NCBI RefSeq assembly: GCF_006345805.1
Contig: NC_043004.1
Span: 90,768,001 to 90,832,000 of the forward strand
Direction: 5' to 3'
DNA: 64,000 nucleotides
Source: Octopus sinensis
Taxonomy: Eukaryota
The translations under genes and the position numbers were made by a program. The first letter of the stretch is position 1. Each line of letters starts with the position of its first letter. Positions 39,975-54,089 of the stretch are shown here, piece after piece. The notes beneath the pieces were generated by a model. It ran no database searches, had not been told where the DNA came from, and saw nothing but the letters and a program-made list of their open reading frames with translations.

Positions 39975-40450
39975 ATAACATATATAATAATGAAATTATT
40001 GTATACAGTGCTCAGGTGCACCACAACTTGTCAGAAAGTGCATATAAAGCGTATGCAGTAAGGTACAAATGTCTGGAAAGCAAACAATGCATGAGTCAGA
40101 TACATGCTTGTGTGTGTATGGAGGGGAGGAAATCAGGTGTGGTGTTGGCGAATCTCAGAAAGCATGGAAGTTTTGAAGGATGCAGTGCTCCGACAACTAA
40201 CAACTGATACCGGCAGTTTGTTCCATGCTTCAGCAACTCTCAGCATGAAAAAATGTTTCCTAAAGTCATGGGAGCTGTGCTGTTTTCTGACTTTGTAAAT
40301 ATGTCCACGGGTGTTAGACAGGTGGAGTTTGAAAAGGTTCTCAGAGTTATTGTTTGTAAGATGGTTGATAATTTTATGGGTGTCTGCCAAGTCAGCTGCC
40401 AGACATCAGAGTTTCAAATTCAGAATCTGGTAAATGCCTGATGGAGGGCA
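39975..40450 (-). mobile_element. CR1-group LINE 3' fragment
   Basis: Near-identical to 505-990. Confidence 0.85.
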
Positions 40451-40728
40451 TTTTACTAATAGTTGTACTTTCTTCACTCACATGACCACATCTGTCTTGC
40501 CATTCAACAACATTATTATTTCACTCTTAATCCTTACATTCCTTGACACACCTATTATACACTGAAGCAGTCCTATGGAAGAATAGGCAAACAACAAAAT
40601 GATCTTACCTTAATTAATGTCTCCCCATTCCAGAGGGCAAGAAAACAGAAAAAAGAAATCACTGTTAACCAAAAACTTTTAATTAATTAAGATTAAATTC
40701 ATAGAGAGAAGTATCTTTTTATAAATGA

Positions 40729-41124
40729 CTAGCAGTATCGCCCGGCGTTGCTCGGGTTTGTAAGGGAAATAACTATATAAGCATTTTTAGAGATGTAAAG
40801 TATAATAGCCATCTCAATATGGCTAACCACAAAGGGGGGGGATGTTACTGTAGCTTTTTACGTTCTGAGATTTAATAATAAATTTTTAGAGAGTTACTTC
40901 CCTTATATATGCCAAAAATGCATTAAAAAATGGGAAAAATTGATGGTAAATTTTTTTTTAAATCGTAGACTCATCGTAGACGCGCGCTAATACCCAGAAG
41001 GGCTCGATATGAATCACGACTATAAGATACCCGGTTTTGGTTAAACTGCACCGCAAAATATGGGAGTAGTTAGGAATCTAAATCATAGGAGACAGACACA
41101 CAACTTCACTTTTATATATAAAGA
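40729..41124 (-). mobile_element. Non-autonomous Helitron
   Basis: On the - strand starts TC(TTTATATATAAAAG) and ends CTAG preceded by a GC hairpin (cccggcgttgctcggg, 40741-40756 on +); inserted between A and T with no TSD. Confidence 0.8.
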
Positions 41125-41499
41125 TAAATTCCAATTAAAAAGGCAAGGGAGACAACCTTGAAACTATAATTAATTAAAATTAAATATGTTATGCAGTGGA
41201 GAGCAAATCTGGTCATTAGCAGTAGAGTAACAACTCCAGACATATTTTAGACATTAGATAATGTAGTCATATATATTCTAAAAAAAAGGTGGAATGGTCA
41301 CAGTAGGAATTCCTTTGATCATATGTATGGTCAATCTGAGGTTGAGCAACAACTATTACTTATCTATACAATCTTTTAGTTATACTACCACCTAGTTGTA
41401 ACACCATCTAAATGTCACATTACCTATCTGCAACACCACCTAGCTATACCACTAACAAGCTACTGCACAATCTGGGTGCTCTACCTTCTGATTACAATA

Positions 41500-41723
41500 C
41501 CTATTTCTTTACTACCCACAAGGAGCTAAACATAGAGGGGACAAACAAAGACAGACATAGGTATTAAGTCAATTACATCGACCCCAGTGCGTAACTGGTA
41601 CTTAATTTATCGACCCCGAAAGAATGAAAGGCAAAGTCGACCTCGGCGGAATTTGAACTCACAATGTAATGACAGACGAATTACGGCTACGCATTTCGCC
41701 CGGCGTGCTAACGTTTCTGCCAA
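41500..41723 (-). mobile_element. SINE family B
   Basis: Reverse complement of the 19797-20029 consensus. Confidence 0.88.
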
Positions 41724-41781
41724 GCTATACTGCTTTTTAGCTATCATCTAACTGATGTAACACAGATATATACTGTCTTCT

Positions 41782-41818
<37 letters not shown>

Positions 41819-43107
41819 AATTGTAGTTAAATACATGTTACATCAGGTTTGTTCACAGAAGCTAAATAGCCACCACCACCACCACCAACATAACCCTCCA
41901 TCATCAACACAACCATAACATCACCAGAAAATCAACACCTCTGTTATCATCAATATCATCAATACCACTACCATCAAGCTACCTCCCCCCACCCCCACAC
42001 ACTACCACCAAAACAACACCTGGGCTAATGAGCTTCAATGCAGTCATTCAACTTTCTAGAAATAACGGGTCAATTCATTTGAATTAAACACTACCATCTT
42101 CAAACAAAAAAAAAAAGGACACATTGCAGAAAGATATGTAGTCCCTGTTACTCAGAAAGATGGGATGGTCAATATTGGAATGTCTTTGATCATAGATCTG
42201 TTCAGTCAGGGTTGAACATCACCAACTGCACCACCATTAACATCAGCTACAGTCACTCACCCTGCTGTTGTTGATGCTGCTGTTGCCGGTGTAGTGGCAG
42301 TGGGAGAGATTATGGTGGTAGTAGTGCTAGTGATAGTGAGTGGCACTATTGGCTAGTGGTTTTACTAATGATAGTCATAGTAATGGTGGGGGTAGTGGCA
42401 GTAGTGGTGGTGCCGATAGTGTTGTTGTTAGTAGTAGTGCTAGTGATGGTCCTACTTACTGATGGTGGTGATGATGGTGCTACTGCTAGTGATGATGGTG
42501 TGCTACTGCTGGTGCTGGTGCTGCTGTTGTTGTTGCTACTACTGCTCTTGCTAGTAATGGTAAAGGTACATCATCTGACGTGTTTCAGTAATGAGACTAA
42601 CAACTATATCCAGAACAGTTATTCTGTCCTGTGTAGTTGGAATGTCCTGTATAGCTGTAATGCTGTCCACTATGATATACCATTGCTTACTAACTGCACC
42701 ATTTAACTATACTATAGTAGTAACCACAATATAATCTACACCTACCACATTATTAACTGTATGACTTATTGTTTTACACACACACACACACACACACACA
42801 CCATGAACAATAGTTTTATCAGTATATTATGGTATTAAGTTCCATTCCCATTAAGTATATTATTATCTGTGTTATTACCAATGGTATCATCTCAGGACTA
42901 TAATGTTAAATATAATCTTTAGATCATATGTAATGATCAGATGGCTATATATAGAGTGTAATCTATAAATTATATATGTCTATTAAATACAGGTTTATCT
43001 GTTCTATGTGTTCTATGGCTGCTCTAGTGTTAACTCTTTGGCATTCAGATTATTATGACAAATGCAATGTGTGTTTATACACATTGTTTTGAATTAATCC
43101 TGCATAT

Positions 43108-43273
43108 AGGTGCAGGCGTGGCTGTGTGGTAAGTAGCTTGCTTACCAACCACATGGTTCCGGGTTCAGTCCCACTGCGTGGCAGCTTGGGCAAGTGTCTT
43201 CTACTATAGCCTCGGGCTGACCAAAGCCTTGTGAGTGGATTTGGTAGACGGAAACTGAAAGAAGCCCGTCGTA

Positions 43274-43318
<45 letters not shown>

Positions 43319-43584
43319 TATATATACTATATATATATATATATATAATATATATATATGTGTGCGTGTATGTTTGTGTGTCTGTGTTTGTCCCCCTAGC
43401 ATTGCTTGACAACCGATGCTGGTGTGTTTATGTCCCCGTAACTTAGCGGTTCGGCAAAAGAGACCGATAGAATAAGTACTGGGCTTACAAAGAATAAGTC
43501 CCGGGGTCGAGTTGCTCGACTAAAGGCGGTGCTCCAGCATGGCCACAGTCAAATGACTGGAACAAGTAAAAGAGTAAAAGAGTA
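43108..43584 (+). mobile_element. SINE family A with expanded internal (TA)n
   Basis: Near-identical to other family-A copies. Confidence 0.9.
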
Positions 43585-43794
43585 ATATCTTGTAGCTTCA
43601 AGATTTTGATGATGTGATTGTTTAGTTTTACAAAGATATTGTAGGCTAAGATACGAGAGGCCAGATCTGGTCAGTTTGGGAATAAAACAGGTAGAATGCT
43701 TTAGCTGGATATGACCATTTTATATGCTCAAGGGTTGACTATAGAATTAACCATCTTCACTGTATCAGTAAGCATATAAATGAATGTGATATAT

Positions 43795-44170
43795 GGAAGC
43801 ACTCCGTCGGTTATGACGACGAGGGTTCCGGTTGATCCGATCAACGGAACAGCCTGCTCGTGAAATTAACATGTAAGTGACTGAGCATTCCACAGACACG
43901 TGTACCCTTAACGTAGTTCTCGGGGATATTCAGCGTGACACAGAGAGTGACAAGGGCAGCCCTTTGAAATACAGGTACTACAGAAACAGGAAGTAAGAGA
44001 AAGTTGTGGTGAAAGAGTACAGCAGGGATCACCACCATCCCTGCCGGAGCCTCGTGGAGCTTTAGGTGTTTTCGCTCAATAAACACTCACAACGCCCGGT
44101 CTGGGAATCGAAACCACGATCCTACGACCGCGAGTCCGCTGCCCTAACCACTGGGCCATTGCGCCTCCAC
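43795..44170 (-). mobile_element. tRNA-derived SINE, family C, with 13-bp TSD
   Basis: - strand head gtggaggcgcaatggcccagtggttagggcagcggactcgcgg...ggtttcgattccc (box A/B); TSD gaatgtgatatat at 43782-43794 and 44171-44183; CpG-rich, so probably young. Confidence 0.88.
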
Positions 44171-45028
44171 GAATGTGATATATACTAACATGATAAATAT
44201 ATATATAATATTTTAGAGCATCAAAATTGTAGTGTATTATTGACTGCTGTGATTTAGAAATTCACTTAGTAATTATGAGGACTTGGTTCAATCCTACTGT
44301 ATGGCAGTTTCGGTTGGGGTTATTTCCTATACCCTTGAGTTGACTCATAACTTATGAGCAACATTGGGCTGATGGAAACTGTGTAGAGAGCCATCAAATT
44401 CAAATGTTCTCCTTGCTACACTGATTCAAAAATTTCATTCAGAATAGATATGTCTATGGAATACTCGGTTACTTAATTCAATCAATTTGATAGGTCAGTT
44501 GATTGCACAGCTGAAAATTCAATGTTGGAAATTCTGACAGGGATCCATCTATATAACTGACTATAATATTGGTTATATAAAATGTAATTAACGAGAACAT
44601 CAATTATCATATTAATTTTATTATCAAATTTAATATAGTAATATCTATAAGCTGTAATAATAGATTTAACTAGGTACTATTAATTATAGCATTAATTGTA
44701 AGATCTTAGAATCTTTAGGAATGCTAGGTTTCATCATCACTGATGATCTTTCCTGATGATCTTACATCCACAACATACAAAAACTGTATCTTGAAACCCA
44801 GACTTCTTCAGAGCCTGAAATTTCAGCTCAGAACAGTTGATAAAACTCTACAAAGCTAAAGTGAGATCACAACAGAATAAGGGTAGGTCCCACATCAGAA
44901 ATAGCGATGCTGCTGCTACCCTCAAAACATCCAGACCGTGCCAAAAATGCAAGTTGTCTGGCTGAATGGCATGGGTTAATTCACCGACACTCTTCATTCA
45001 ATGTCAAACTCACATGTTGTCACATTAC

Positions 45029-45438
45029 TGAGCTGGCAGAAACGTTAGCACGCCGGGCGAAATGTGTAGCCGTATTTCGTCTGCCATTATGTTCTAGGTT
45101 CAAATTCCGCCGAGGTCGACTTTGCCTTTCATCCTTTCGGGCTCGATAAATTAAGTACCAGTTACGCACTGGGGTCGATGTAATCCACGTAATCCGTTTG
45201 TCTGTCCTTGTTTGTCCCCTCTGTGTTTAGCCCCTTGTGGGTAGTAAAGAAATAGGTATTTCGTCTGTCTTTGCATTCTGAGTTCAAATTCCGCCGAGGT
45301 CGACTTTGCCTTTTATCCTTTCGGGGTCGATAAATTAAGTACCAGTTACGCACTGGGGTCGATGTAATCCACTTAATCCGTTTGTCTGTCCTTGTTTGTC
45401 CCCTCTATGTTTAGCCCCTTGTGGGTAGTAAAGAAATA
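45029..45438 (+). mobile_element. Head-to-tail dimer of SINE family B
   Basis: Second unit (~45256-45438) lacks the first ~40 nt and follows the first unit's tail directly. Confidence 0.85.
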
Positions 45439-45699
45439 TATTTTACCACTACTACCACAATGGCTTCTGAACACATCTCCACCCTGACTTATTTAACACA
45501 CCTACTCCATCTCCCACCCCAACTCTTGTCCCATACAATTTACTTTCTCAATCCTTCCTCTTCAGAATGTCAACTCTCAGGAATTCTGTAACTGCACATG
45601 TCTAGCCTCAGGTGTAGACTTGTAATAGTTCAATTAGAACATCATCTGTATCCATTTAACCAATTTCAGGGAATCTGTGAAGAACACCAGAACAATCAG

Positions 45700-46930
45700 G
45701 TTTCCTTATATTATCAATTATATAACGTATTATTATGCAATGCACAAACAGTGTTATCACTATGCTGTACTAATTATAACATTAATGATATACTATATAT
45801 TAACTATACTATTTATTATATATTGTGTTAAATACAATAATCACATACTCTATTATCTATACTATTAATTATATTCTGAATAAACTGTTATAATGATTTT
45901 GCAGGGTGGTCATAAATTTTATTGGAGTTTTTTTTTTTAAATCAATACATTTATTTCTGTAATAAACAGAATTAGAAATGAATATATTGAATTTTTTAAC
46001 TCCTCTGCAACTTAAGATCCATCATATTGCATTAACTGTATTCTGTATTGATCACAGCATATGATATTAACTATATTCTGTATTGACAACAATATATAAT
46101 TAATTGTATATTATACTAACTACAGAGTATAAATATCCCTCTCTCTCTTTCGGAGAGGCACTGAGCAGCTATACGCACACATACACACACGGTAGTAACT
46201 TCCACCTACCAAATTCAATCACAAAGCTTCGGTCGACTCAGGGCTATAGCGGAAGACACCTACCAAAAGTGCCGCGCAGTGGGACTGAACCCGAAACCAT
46301 GTAGTTAGGAAGCAAGCTCCCTAACCACACAACTGTAATATTAATTATATACTATACTAATTACAGTGTATAATTACATACTACACTAACTTTAATATTA
46401 ATTATATACTATACTGATTATGGTGTATAATTATATACAACACTAACTGTACTATTAATTAAATGCTACATTACCTATTGTATTCATTATATACTCAACT
46501 AACTACAGTATATAATTATATACTGCTATTAATGTTACACTATACTAATCATACCACTAACTAGTTACTGTATATAATTACCCTATTAGTTACTGCATAT
46601 AATTATATACTTCACTAACTATATTATTAATCAAATGCTATACTACCTATACTATTGATTATATACTCAAGTAACTATAATATATAACTATGTATTGCTA
46701 TTAATTTTATACTATACTAATTTTAGCATTAATTATATATCCTACTAACTGCAGTATATAATTATTTACTATACTGACTATACTGTTGATTACATACTAT
46801 ATAAACTATAAATTATATTCTATTTTAATTATACTATTAATTGTATTCTAAACAAATTACACTACTAGTTTAAAATAACCTAACTGTACTATTGATTATG
46901 CAACTAAAAATAAACTATACTAATTATAAA
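45700..46930. repeat. AT-rich degenerate tandem/low-complexity tract containing a SINE-A fragment (46200-46330, -)
   Basis: Recurring actatattaattatatact-like units. Confidence 0.6.
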
Positions 46931-47259
46931 AATAAACAAGGTGTTTACACCATGTTTTATCTCTCTGTGGACAGAAAAAAAAAGGGATGAATCTGACAAG
47001 TTTTTAGTCTCCCTAGATCTTTGTCAGAGACCAGCAGCCTATTGCTATTTATAGTGTTTGTAAACTGGTACTTCTAATGTAACAGCTTTGTTTACATTCC
47101 ACATTGAATGTTTATTTAAAAAGGTATACATTTCAAATATCCCCCCCGCACTTAAAGATACAGTGTAGTGCTCAATGAATTAACTTACTAATCATAGTAT
47201 TAATTATAAACTGTATTAAGTACATTGTGGTGAGCTGTGTTCTGTTGATAAGCCATATA

Positions 47260-48575
47260 ACATCATCATCATTGTTTAATGTCTGCTTTCCATGCTGGCA
47301 TGGGTTGGACAGTGTGACTGAAAACTGGTAAGCCAGGGGCTGCATCAGATTCCAATCTGATTTGGCAGGATTTCTATAGTTGGATGCCCTTCCTAACGCC
47401 AATCACTCTGAGAGTGTAGTGAGTGCTTTTTATGTGCCATTGGCATGGGTGTCATATATATGACTGTGGCCTCACTTGGCTTGACAGGTCAACACAAACA
47501 CAGTTTATCGCCAAGGGTCTTAGTCACAGCCTCCATGAGGCCCAATGCTTGAATTATGCTTTTTATGTGCCATTGGCATGGCTACCAGTCAGATGGTATT
47601 ACCATCGGTCATGACTACAATTTCACTTGGTTCAACAGGTCTTCACAAGCACAGCATATCGCCCAATGATCGAAGGGGTGCTTTTAATGGGCCAGTTATG
47701 CAAAACTGGCATTGGTCACATCTAGGATCTCACTTGGCATGACATCACGGCCTCCATGAGGCCCAATGCATGGATGGTGCTTTTTACATGCAACTGGCAC
47801 TGGTGGCAGTCAGATGGCACTGGCATCAGCCAGGACTATGATTTCATTTGGTTCGACAGGTCTTCACAAGCACAGCATATCGCCCAACGATAGAAGGATG
47901 CTTTTAATGGGCTAATTAAATGACACTGGCATTGGCCAGGCCGATGATCTCTCTTGGCTTAATGGGTTCTTCCCAATCACGGCATATCTCCAAAGGCCTT
48001 GGTCACTTGTCATTGCCTCGGTGAGGCCCAACATTCGAAGATCATGCTTCACCACCTCATCCGATGTCTTGCTGGGTCTACCTCTTCCACAAGTTTCCTC
48101 CACAATTAGAGTGCAACACTTCTTCACACAGCTGTCCTCATCCATACACATCACATGGCCATATCAACACAGTCATCTCTCTTGCACACCCTATCTGATG
48201 CTTCTTATGTCCAACTTTGCTCTCAGGATGCTTACACTCTGTCATGCATGCACACTGTCATTACACATCTAGTGGAGCATACTAGCTTCATTTCATACAA
48301 GCCTATGCATGTCCTCAGCAGTCACAGCCCATGTTTCACTGCCATGTAGCATGGCTGTTTGCACACAGGCATCATACAGTCTGCCTTTCACTCTGAGCGA
48401 AAGGCTCTTTGTTACCAACAAAGGTGTGAACTCTCTGAACTTTGCCCAGCCTATTCTTATTCTAGCAGCTATGCTCTCAGAGCATTCACCCCTGCTACTG
48501 ACTTGGTCACCTAGGTAACAGAAACTATCGAATACTTCTAGCTTTCCCCACTGGCATGTGATGGAATCTATGTTT
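47260..48575 (-). mobile_element. RTE-type LINE, 5'-truncated
   Basis: ORF 47912-48154(-): DEDSCVKKC...GRGRPSKT.DEVVKHDLR; homologous to 30641-31866. Confidence 0.85.
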
Positions 48576-48829
48576 TGTATATTTGTGTAATGTAGTATAA
48601 TGAAGCATTGTGGCTGTTTAACCCTAGGTCTGCCCTGATCAAGAAGCTCAATGATCAGAAGTACTCCACTCTTGACCAGCTCATCATTTATTTGGATGCA
48701 CTGTATCTAGGATTACATTATCCAATATGTGCTTCCTTTAAAAATACATTCAAAAGAATTAGCAGCTATTTCTAGCAGGCCTAGTAACTGTAATAGAGGC
48801 ACCTTCCTTTGTTTATGTAATAATGCTAT

Positions 48830-49125
48830 GAAGTGATGTAGTGTGTTATAATATTGTATGGTTTGCTATGGCCAGATGGGATGTTGTGTGGAGTAGTGTA
48901 TAGTCTGATGTGGTGTAGTGTAAGTGTAGCATTGAAGTTCAGTGTAGTGAAAGGTAGTGAGGTGTAGTGCTGTGTGGAGTGGTATTATGTTGCAGTTTGA
49001 TATGCTATAGAATAGGATTGTGAAATATATGTGATGTTATTTGGTGCAGTGTAGAATGGTGTAGTGGAATACAGTACGGAGTAGTGCAGTGTAGCATGGT
49101 GTAGTCTTGTGTAGTGTAGCAAGTA
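48830..49125. repeat. Degenerate (GTGTA)n pentamer repeat
   Basis: gtagtgtagtg-type units. Confidence 0.7.
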
Positions 49126-49765
49126 CGGAAATGTTTGCATCGACAACTGAATGGCAATGACACACAGACTTTGTCTATATTGAGAAAATGTTTTTCGAGG
49201 TGGTAAGGGACTGAGCAGTGTGTAACGTATTGATTGACTTCTTAGCGTAGCTTCTATCACACAAATGGAAGCAGCAGGATGGTATTTTGTTTGCTTGTTT
49301 GTTTGTATTTCTTTCAATATATATATATATTTTTTTGGTTTGGCATTTTTTTCATTTTTTTGTTATTGTTTCAGTTCTTGATTCATCCAGTTAATCAATT
49401 AACAAAATGGAAAGCGAATGAGAGAGAGAGAGTGAGAGAGAGAGAGAGAGAGTGAGAGAGAGAGAGAGTGAGAGAGAGAGAGAGAAATACAGATGATGGG
49501 AAGAAACGGAGACTGTTAACAGATGGACAGAGAGAAAGAGAGAGGAGAGAGAGAAGAGAGAGAGAGAGAGAAGGTAAATGGAGACAGTAAATAGTGAGGA
49601 ATGAAGAATAGCAGAATTTTGTATTTGGTGAGATTAATGGAAAGAAAATTGATAGAAAATGAAAACAAGGAATCAAAGTAATGTAAAAAGAAGCATATAC
49701 ACACACACACGCACACACACCACACACACACACACACACGCGCACACACACACACACACACACAC

Positions 49766-49819
<54 letters not shown>

Positions 49820-49849
49820 ATACATTCATAGAGAAAGAAAGAATAGAAT

Positions 49850-49996
49850 TGAATATATGTGGAGTGAAAGAAAGGAAATAACTGAGGGGAAAAGGAGAGA
49901 AAAATGAGAGAAATTTGAGAGTAAATGAAGGAAGGGAAATAGAGATGAGGTAGAATCAAGAACTGCAGAGATTGTGTGTGTGTGTGGAGAGAGAAT

Positions 49997-50051
<55 letters not shown>

Positions 50052-50138
50052 TAAGAAAGTTGATGAAGATAAAAGCTGAGAGTACAGGTGGGAGATGGTG
50101 GTAAATTAGAGAGAAAAGAAGAAATATTAAATAGAATG

Positions 50139-50188
<50 letters not shown>

Positions 50189-52240
50189 AGAAAGTGGAGA
50201 TTAAATGGAGTAGCAAGACAGAATAATTAATGTGGAAAAACTAGCGACAGAAGATTAAAGGTGAATAAAGGGAATAAGAACGTAAATGAGAAGAAAACCT
50301 AGTGAGTAAATGGAGGGAGAAACTAGAGAAGAAATGAAGAGTAAAGAGGAGAAGTGGAGAGTAAATGAGGAGAAAAACCAAAGGGTGAAATAGAGAGAAA
50401 ATAGGGAGAGAAATTAGAGCGGAAATAGAGAGTAAATAAAAAGAGAAATGAGAAAGTGAATGCGCAGTAAATAGAGAAAGAAATCTGAAGGAAAATGAAG
50501 GAAAATGGAAATGGAGAAAGAAAGAAGAAAAGAAAGAGTAAAAGAAGAGAAAAACTGGAGAAGAAGAAGAGAGGAAATGAGGAGGGAAAGAAGAAAGGAA
50601 ATCGAGGGCGAGACTAGAGGGGAAGTGGAGAGAGACAGCATGGGAAAAGAAATTAGAAGGGTAATGGAAAGAATATAGGACAAGAAATGAGGGTAAATGG
50701 AGAATAAATGTGGAGAAAAAGCTGAGGTGAAGCATTGAATAAATAAGGGGAGAAAAGAAAAAGGAAGTGGAAAGTGAATATGAGAGACATTAGAAGAGAA
50801 ATCGAGAGTATGTAGAAAGAGAAACAAGAGGAGAAGTGGGGAGAAAGAAGAGAGAAAAGAAGAGCAAATTGGGAGAGAAACCAGAAGGGAAATGAAGAGT
50901 AGAAATGAAGGGGTAATAGAGAGAGGGGTAACAGACAATTGTAACAAGAGCAGAAATGAAGAGAAAATTAGAAAAAAAAAACCCCCAAAAAACAAAGGGA
51001 GAAACTAGAGAAGTTATGGAGAATAAATAGGGGGAGAAGTTTGAGGGTAAATAGAGAGTCAATAGAGAGGGCAACAAGAGGGGAAATTGAGTGTAAATGG
51101 GGAAAGGAAATACTAGGGAAATCAAGAGAAAATGGGGAAAGGAAATAGAGGGGAAATGGACAGAAATGGAGAGCAAATAAGGAGAAATTAGAGGGGAACA
51201 CTAGAGGTGAAATGGAGAGCAAATATAGAGAGAAACTAGAGAAAATGGGAAGTACACAGGAAGAGAAACTGGAAAAGAAATAGAGAGTAAATGGAGAGAG
51301 AGAAACTGAAAATGAAATACAGAGTAAAGAAGGAAAAAAACTAGAGGAGAAATGATAAGTGAAAGGAGAGAGAAACAAGAAAGGAAATAGAGAGTAAGGA
51401 GAAAACTAGTGGTAAAATGGAAAGTAAGAATGGAGAAAGAAACTAGAGAGGAAGTAGGGGGTAAATGGAGAGAAAAACTAGTGGAGAAATGGGGAGTAAA
51501 TAAGGATAAACAGTAAAGAAGAAATGAAAGGGGAAATGGAAAGAAATTCGGGGACAAGGGGAGTCAAAATAGGGAGAGAAGTTCAAATGGAAATTGAGGG
51601 TAAATGGAGTGAGGAACTAGAAAGATTGTAAATGGATAGAAAAACAAGTTGGGAAATGGGGAGTAAATGAGGAGAGAAACTAGAAATGGAAAGTGCAGAA
51701 AGAAACTAGAGAGGAAGTAGTGAGTAAATGGGGAAAGTGTGGAGAGTAAGTGTAGAGTAACTGGGGAGAGAAGCTGGTGGGGAAATGGGTTCTAAATGGA
51801 AAGAGAAGCTAGAAGGGAAGTAGAGAGTATATGGAGAAAAAATAGAAGGAAGATGGAGAATAAATGTAGGGACTAGAGGGAAATGGCAAGTGAATAAGGA
51901 GAGAAACAAGAGGGCAAATGGAGATTATATGGAGAGAGAAACTAGGTGGAAAATGAAGAGTAAGTAGAGAGAGAACTTAGAGGAGAAGCAAAGAAACAAG
52001 TGGGAGGAAAAGCCAGAGGGAAAATGTAGAGTAAATAAGGAGAGAAGTGAGAGGCTGAATGGAGAGTAAATGGAGAGAGAAACCAAGGTAGAAACTTGAA
52101 AAGAAATGGAGAGTAAATTTGGAGAGACACTAGAAGGGAATTGGGGAGGGAAACTAGATGGGAAATAGAGAGAAAATGAAATGAGAAGGTAGAGGGAGAA
52201 ATGGAAAGAAAATTTTGAGAGAAACTAGAGGAGAAATGTT
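49850..52240. repeat. ~2.4-kb purine-rich tract: (GA)n plus a degenerate ~35-bp repeat
   Basis: Recurring actagaggggaaatggagagtaaat...gagagaa; nearly C-free + strand. Confidence 0.85.
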
Positions 52241-52657
52241 TAACACAATTATTTGTTGTCTGTCTGTCTGTGTGTCGCCCACTCCATCTTTGACACTCTT
52301 ACACTTTGAGTCGCTATCTCTCTTAGTATCTATGTTTCTATACTTCTGTCTTACCATCGTTACCTTCCTCTCTTTGTCTCTCTATGTGTCTCATTGTCTC
52401 TCCATATACTACCACTCTTTCTTTCTGCCCCTTCATCACTCCCTCCATTATCTTCCTCCTTAAACCACTTAAACAATCACACTCTCTTTCTTAGCTACCA
52501 GTCAGTCTCTTTTACTTGTCAATCACACTGTCTGTCTATCTGTCTATCTCTCTCTCTCTCTCTCTGCCAATTAATCTCTCTTTACCTCTCAGTTTCCTTG
52601 CCTAAGCTCTCAGTCACACTCTCTTTCATAGTCTCTTCATTTCTCTTTTGTTGCACT

Positions 52658-53068
52658 TTACTCTTTTACTCTTTTACTTGTTTCAGTCATTTGACTGCGG
52701 CCATGCTGGAGCACCGCATTCTAGTTGAGTAAATCGACCCCAGGACTTATTCTTTGTAAGCCTAGTACTTATTCTATCAGTCTCTTTTGCTGAACCGCTA
52801 AGTTACGGGACGTAAACACACCACCATCGGTTGTCAAACAATGGTGGGGGAACAAAAACAGACACACAAACATATACATACGTACACATATATATACATA
52901 TATACGAAGGGCTTCTTCCAGTTTCCGTCTACCAAGTCCACTCACAAGACTTTGGTTGGCCCGAGGCTATTGTAGAAGACACTTGCCCAAGGTGCCACAC
53001 AGTGGGAATGAACCCGGAACCATGTGGTTGGTAAGCAAGCTACTTACCACACAGCCACTCCTGCGCCT
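52658..53068 (-). mobile_element. SINE family A
   Basis: Reverse complement of the family-A consensus. Confidence 0.9.
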
Positions 53069-53644
53069 ATTGAATCTAACTTTCCCTCATCACTTGTTAT
53101 GGCTTTGATGATGACGATGATGATTATGATAATGGAAGTTGTGGTGATCATTGTGACAGTGTATGACAATAATACTCACAGTGAAACTTGTGTGAATTGT
53201 TGATGATGGCAATAATGATGATGATGATTATGATGAAGGTAGTAATGACAGTGACAACAGTCATAAGCAATAGCCTTGATGATGGAGGCGGTGAAGCGAT
53301 GCTGATGATGATAATGAAGACAATAGTACTGAAAATCTATTTGAGATTCCCTCTGGCTTACCAGAATTTCTTTAAATACAATATTTCTCATAGATATATA
53401 AAAAAAGAAGAATTAATATAGTGTACAAAGTCAACTACTTCAATGAAAGAAAGAACTCAATACATTTATAGAGTAACCATTTTATTGAAGTATACTGGAA
53501 AGTTCATTGGCTCACAGGAACTTGTAGTTCTATCTGGGACTGTCTCAGTTTGAAGGTTCCAACAATTATGTATGGCCGCAGCTCTGAGCTGAAGCTGAAA
53601 AAAGAAAAAAAACAAAACAATTATAATATATATATATATTATAT

Positions 53645-53694
<50 letters not shown>

Positions 53695-53696
<2 letters not shown>

Positions 53697-54089
53697 AATA
53701 TTAGGGAATAAATCAAATTTACAGGGAAAAAAAATCAGATTTAGGATTAAATCCAATTTATAGTAAAATATTATAAAATATTATTAGAGACAAAACCACT
53801 ATTTTGCAAAACAAACAAGGAAAGACTTAATCAATACATAAAATTTATAAATAGTCAAAAAAACCGCCACTACAATCGTTCTGTCTGATCGACAATCTTC
53901 AGGTGACTTCCAATATTAGTTACAAATTATGAAGTCATAATTTGTAACTGAATTATTGGAAGTCCACCTGAAGATTGTCGATCAAGACAAGAAAACGATG
54001 TAGTGGCGGTTTTTTTGACTATTTATTAAAATTTTATGTATTGATTAGTCTTTCCTTGTTGTTTTGAAATAGTGGTTTTGTCTCTAATA

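Noticed and set aside
42356-42706. V/L-rich 116-aa ORF
   Set aside because: Translation of degenerate (GTA/GTG/CTG)n trinucleotide repeats
44090-44170. tRNA gene on the - strand
   Set aside because: tRNA-like head of a SINE: continues into the SINE body and is bounded by a 13-bp TSD
50241-52130. Long hydrophobic ORFs suggesting membrane proteins
   Set aside because: Artefact of the pyrimidine-rich - strand; overlapping F/S/L-only ORFs in all frames
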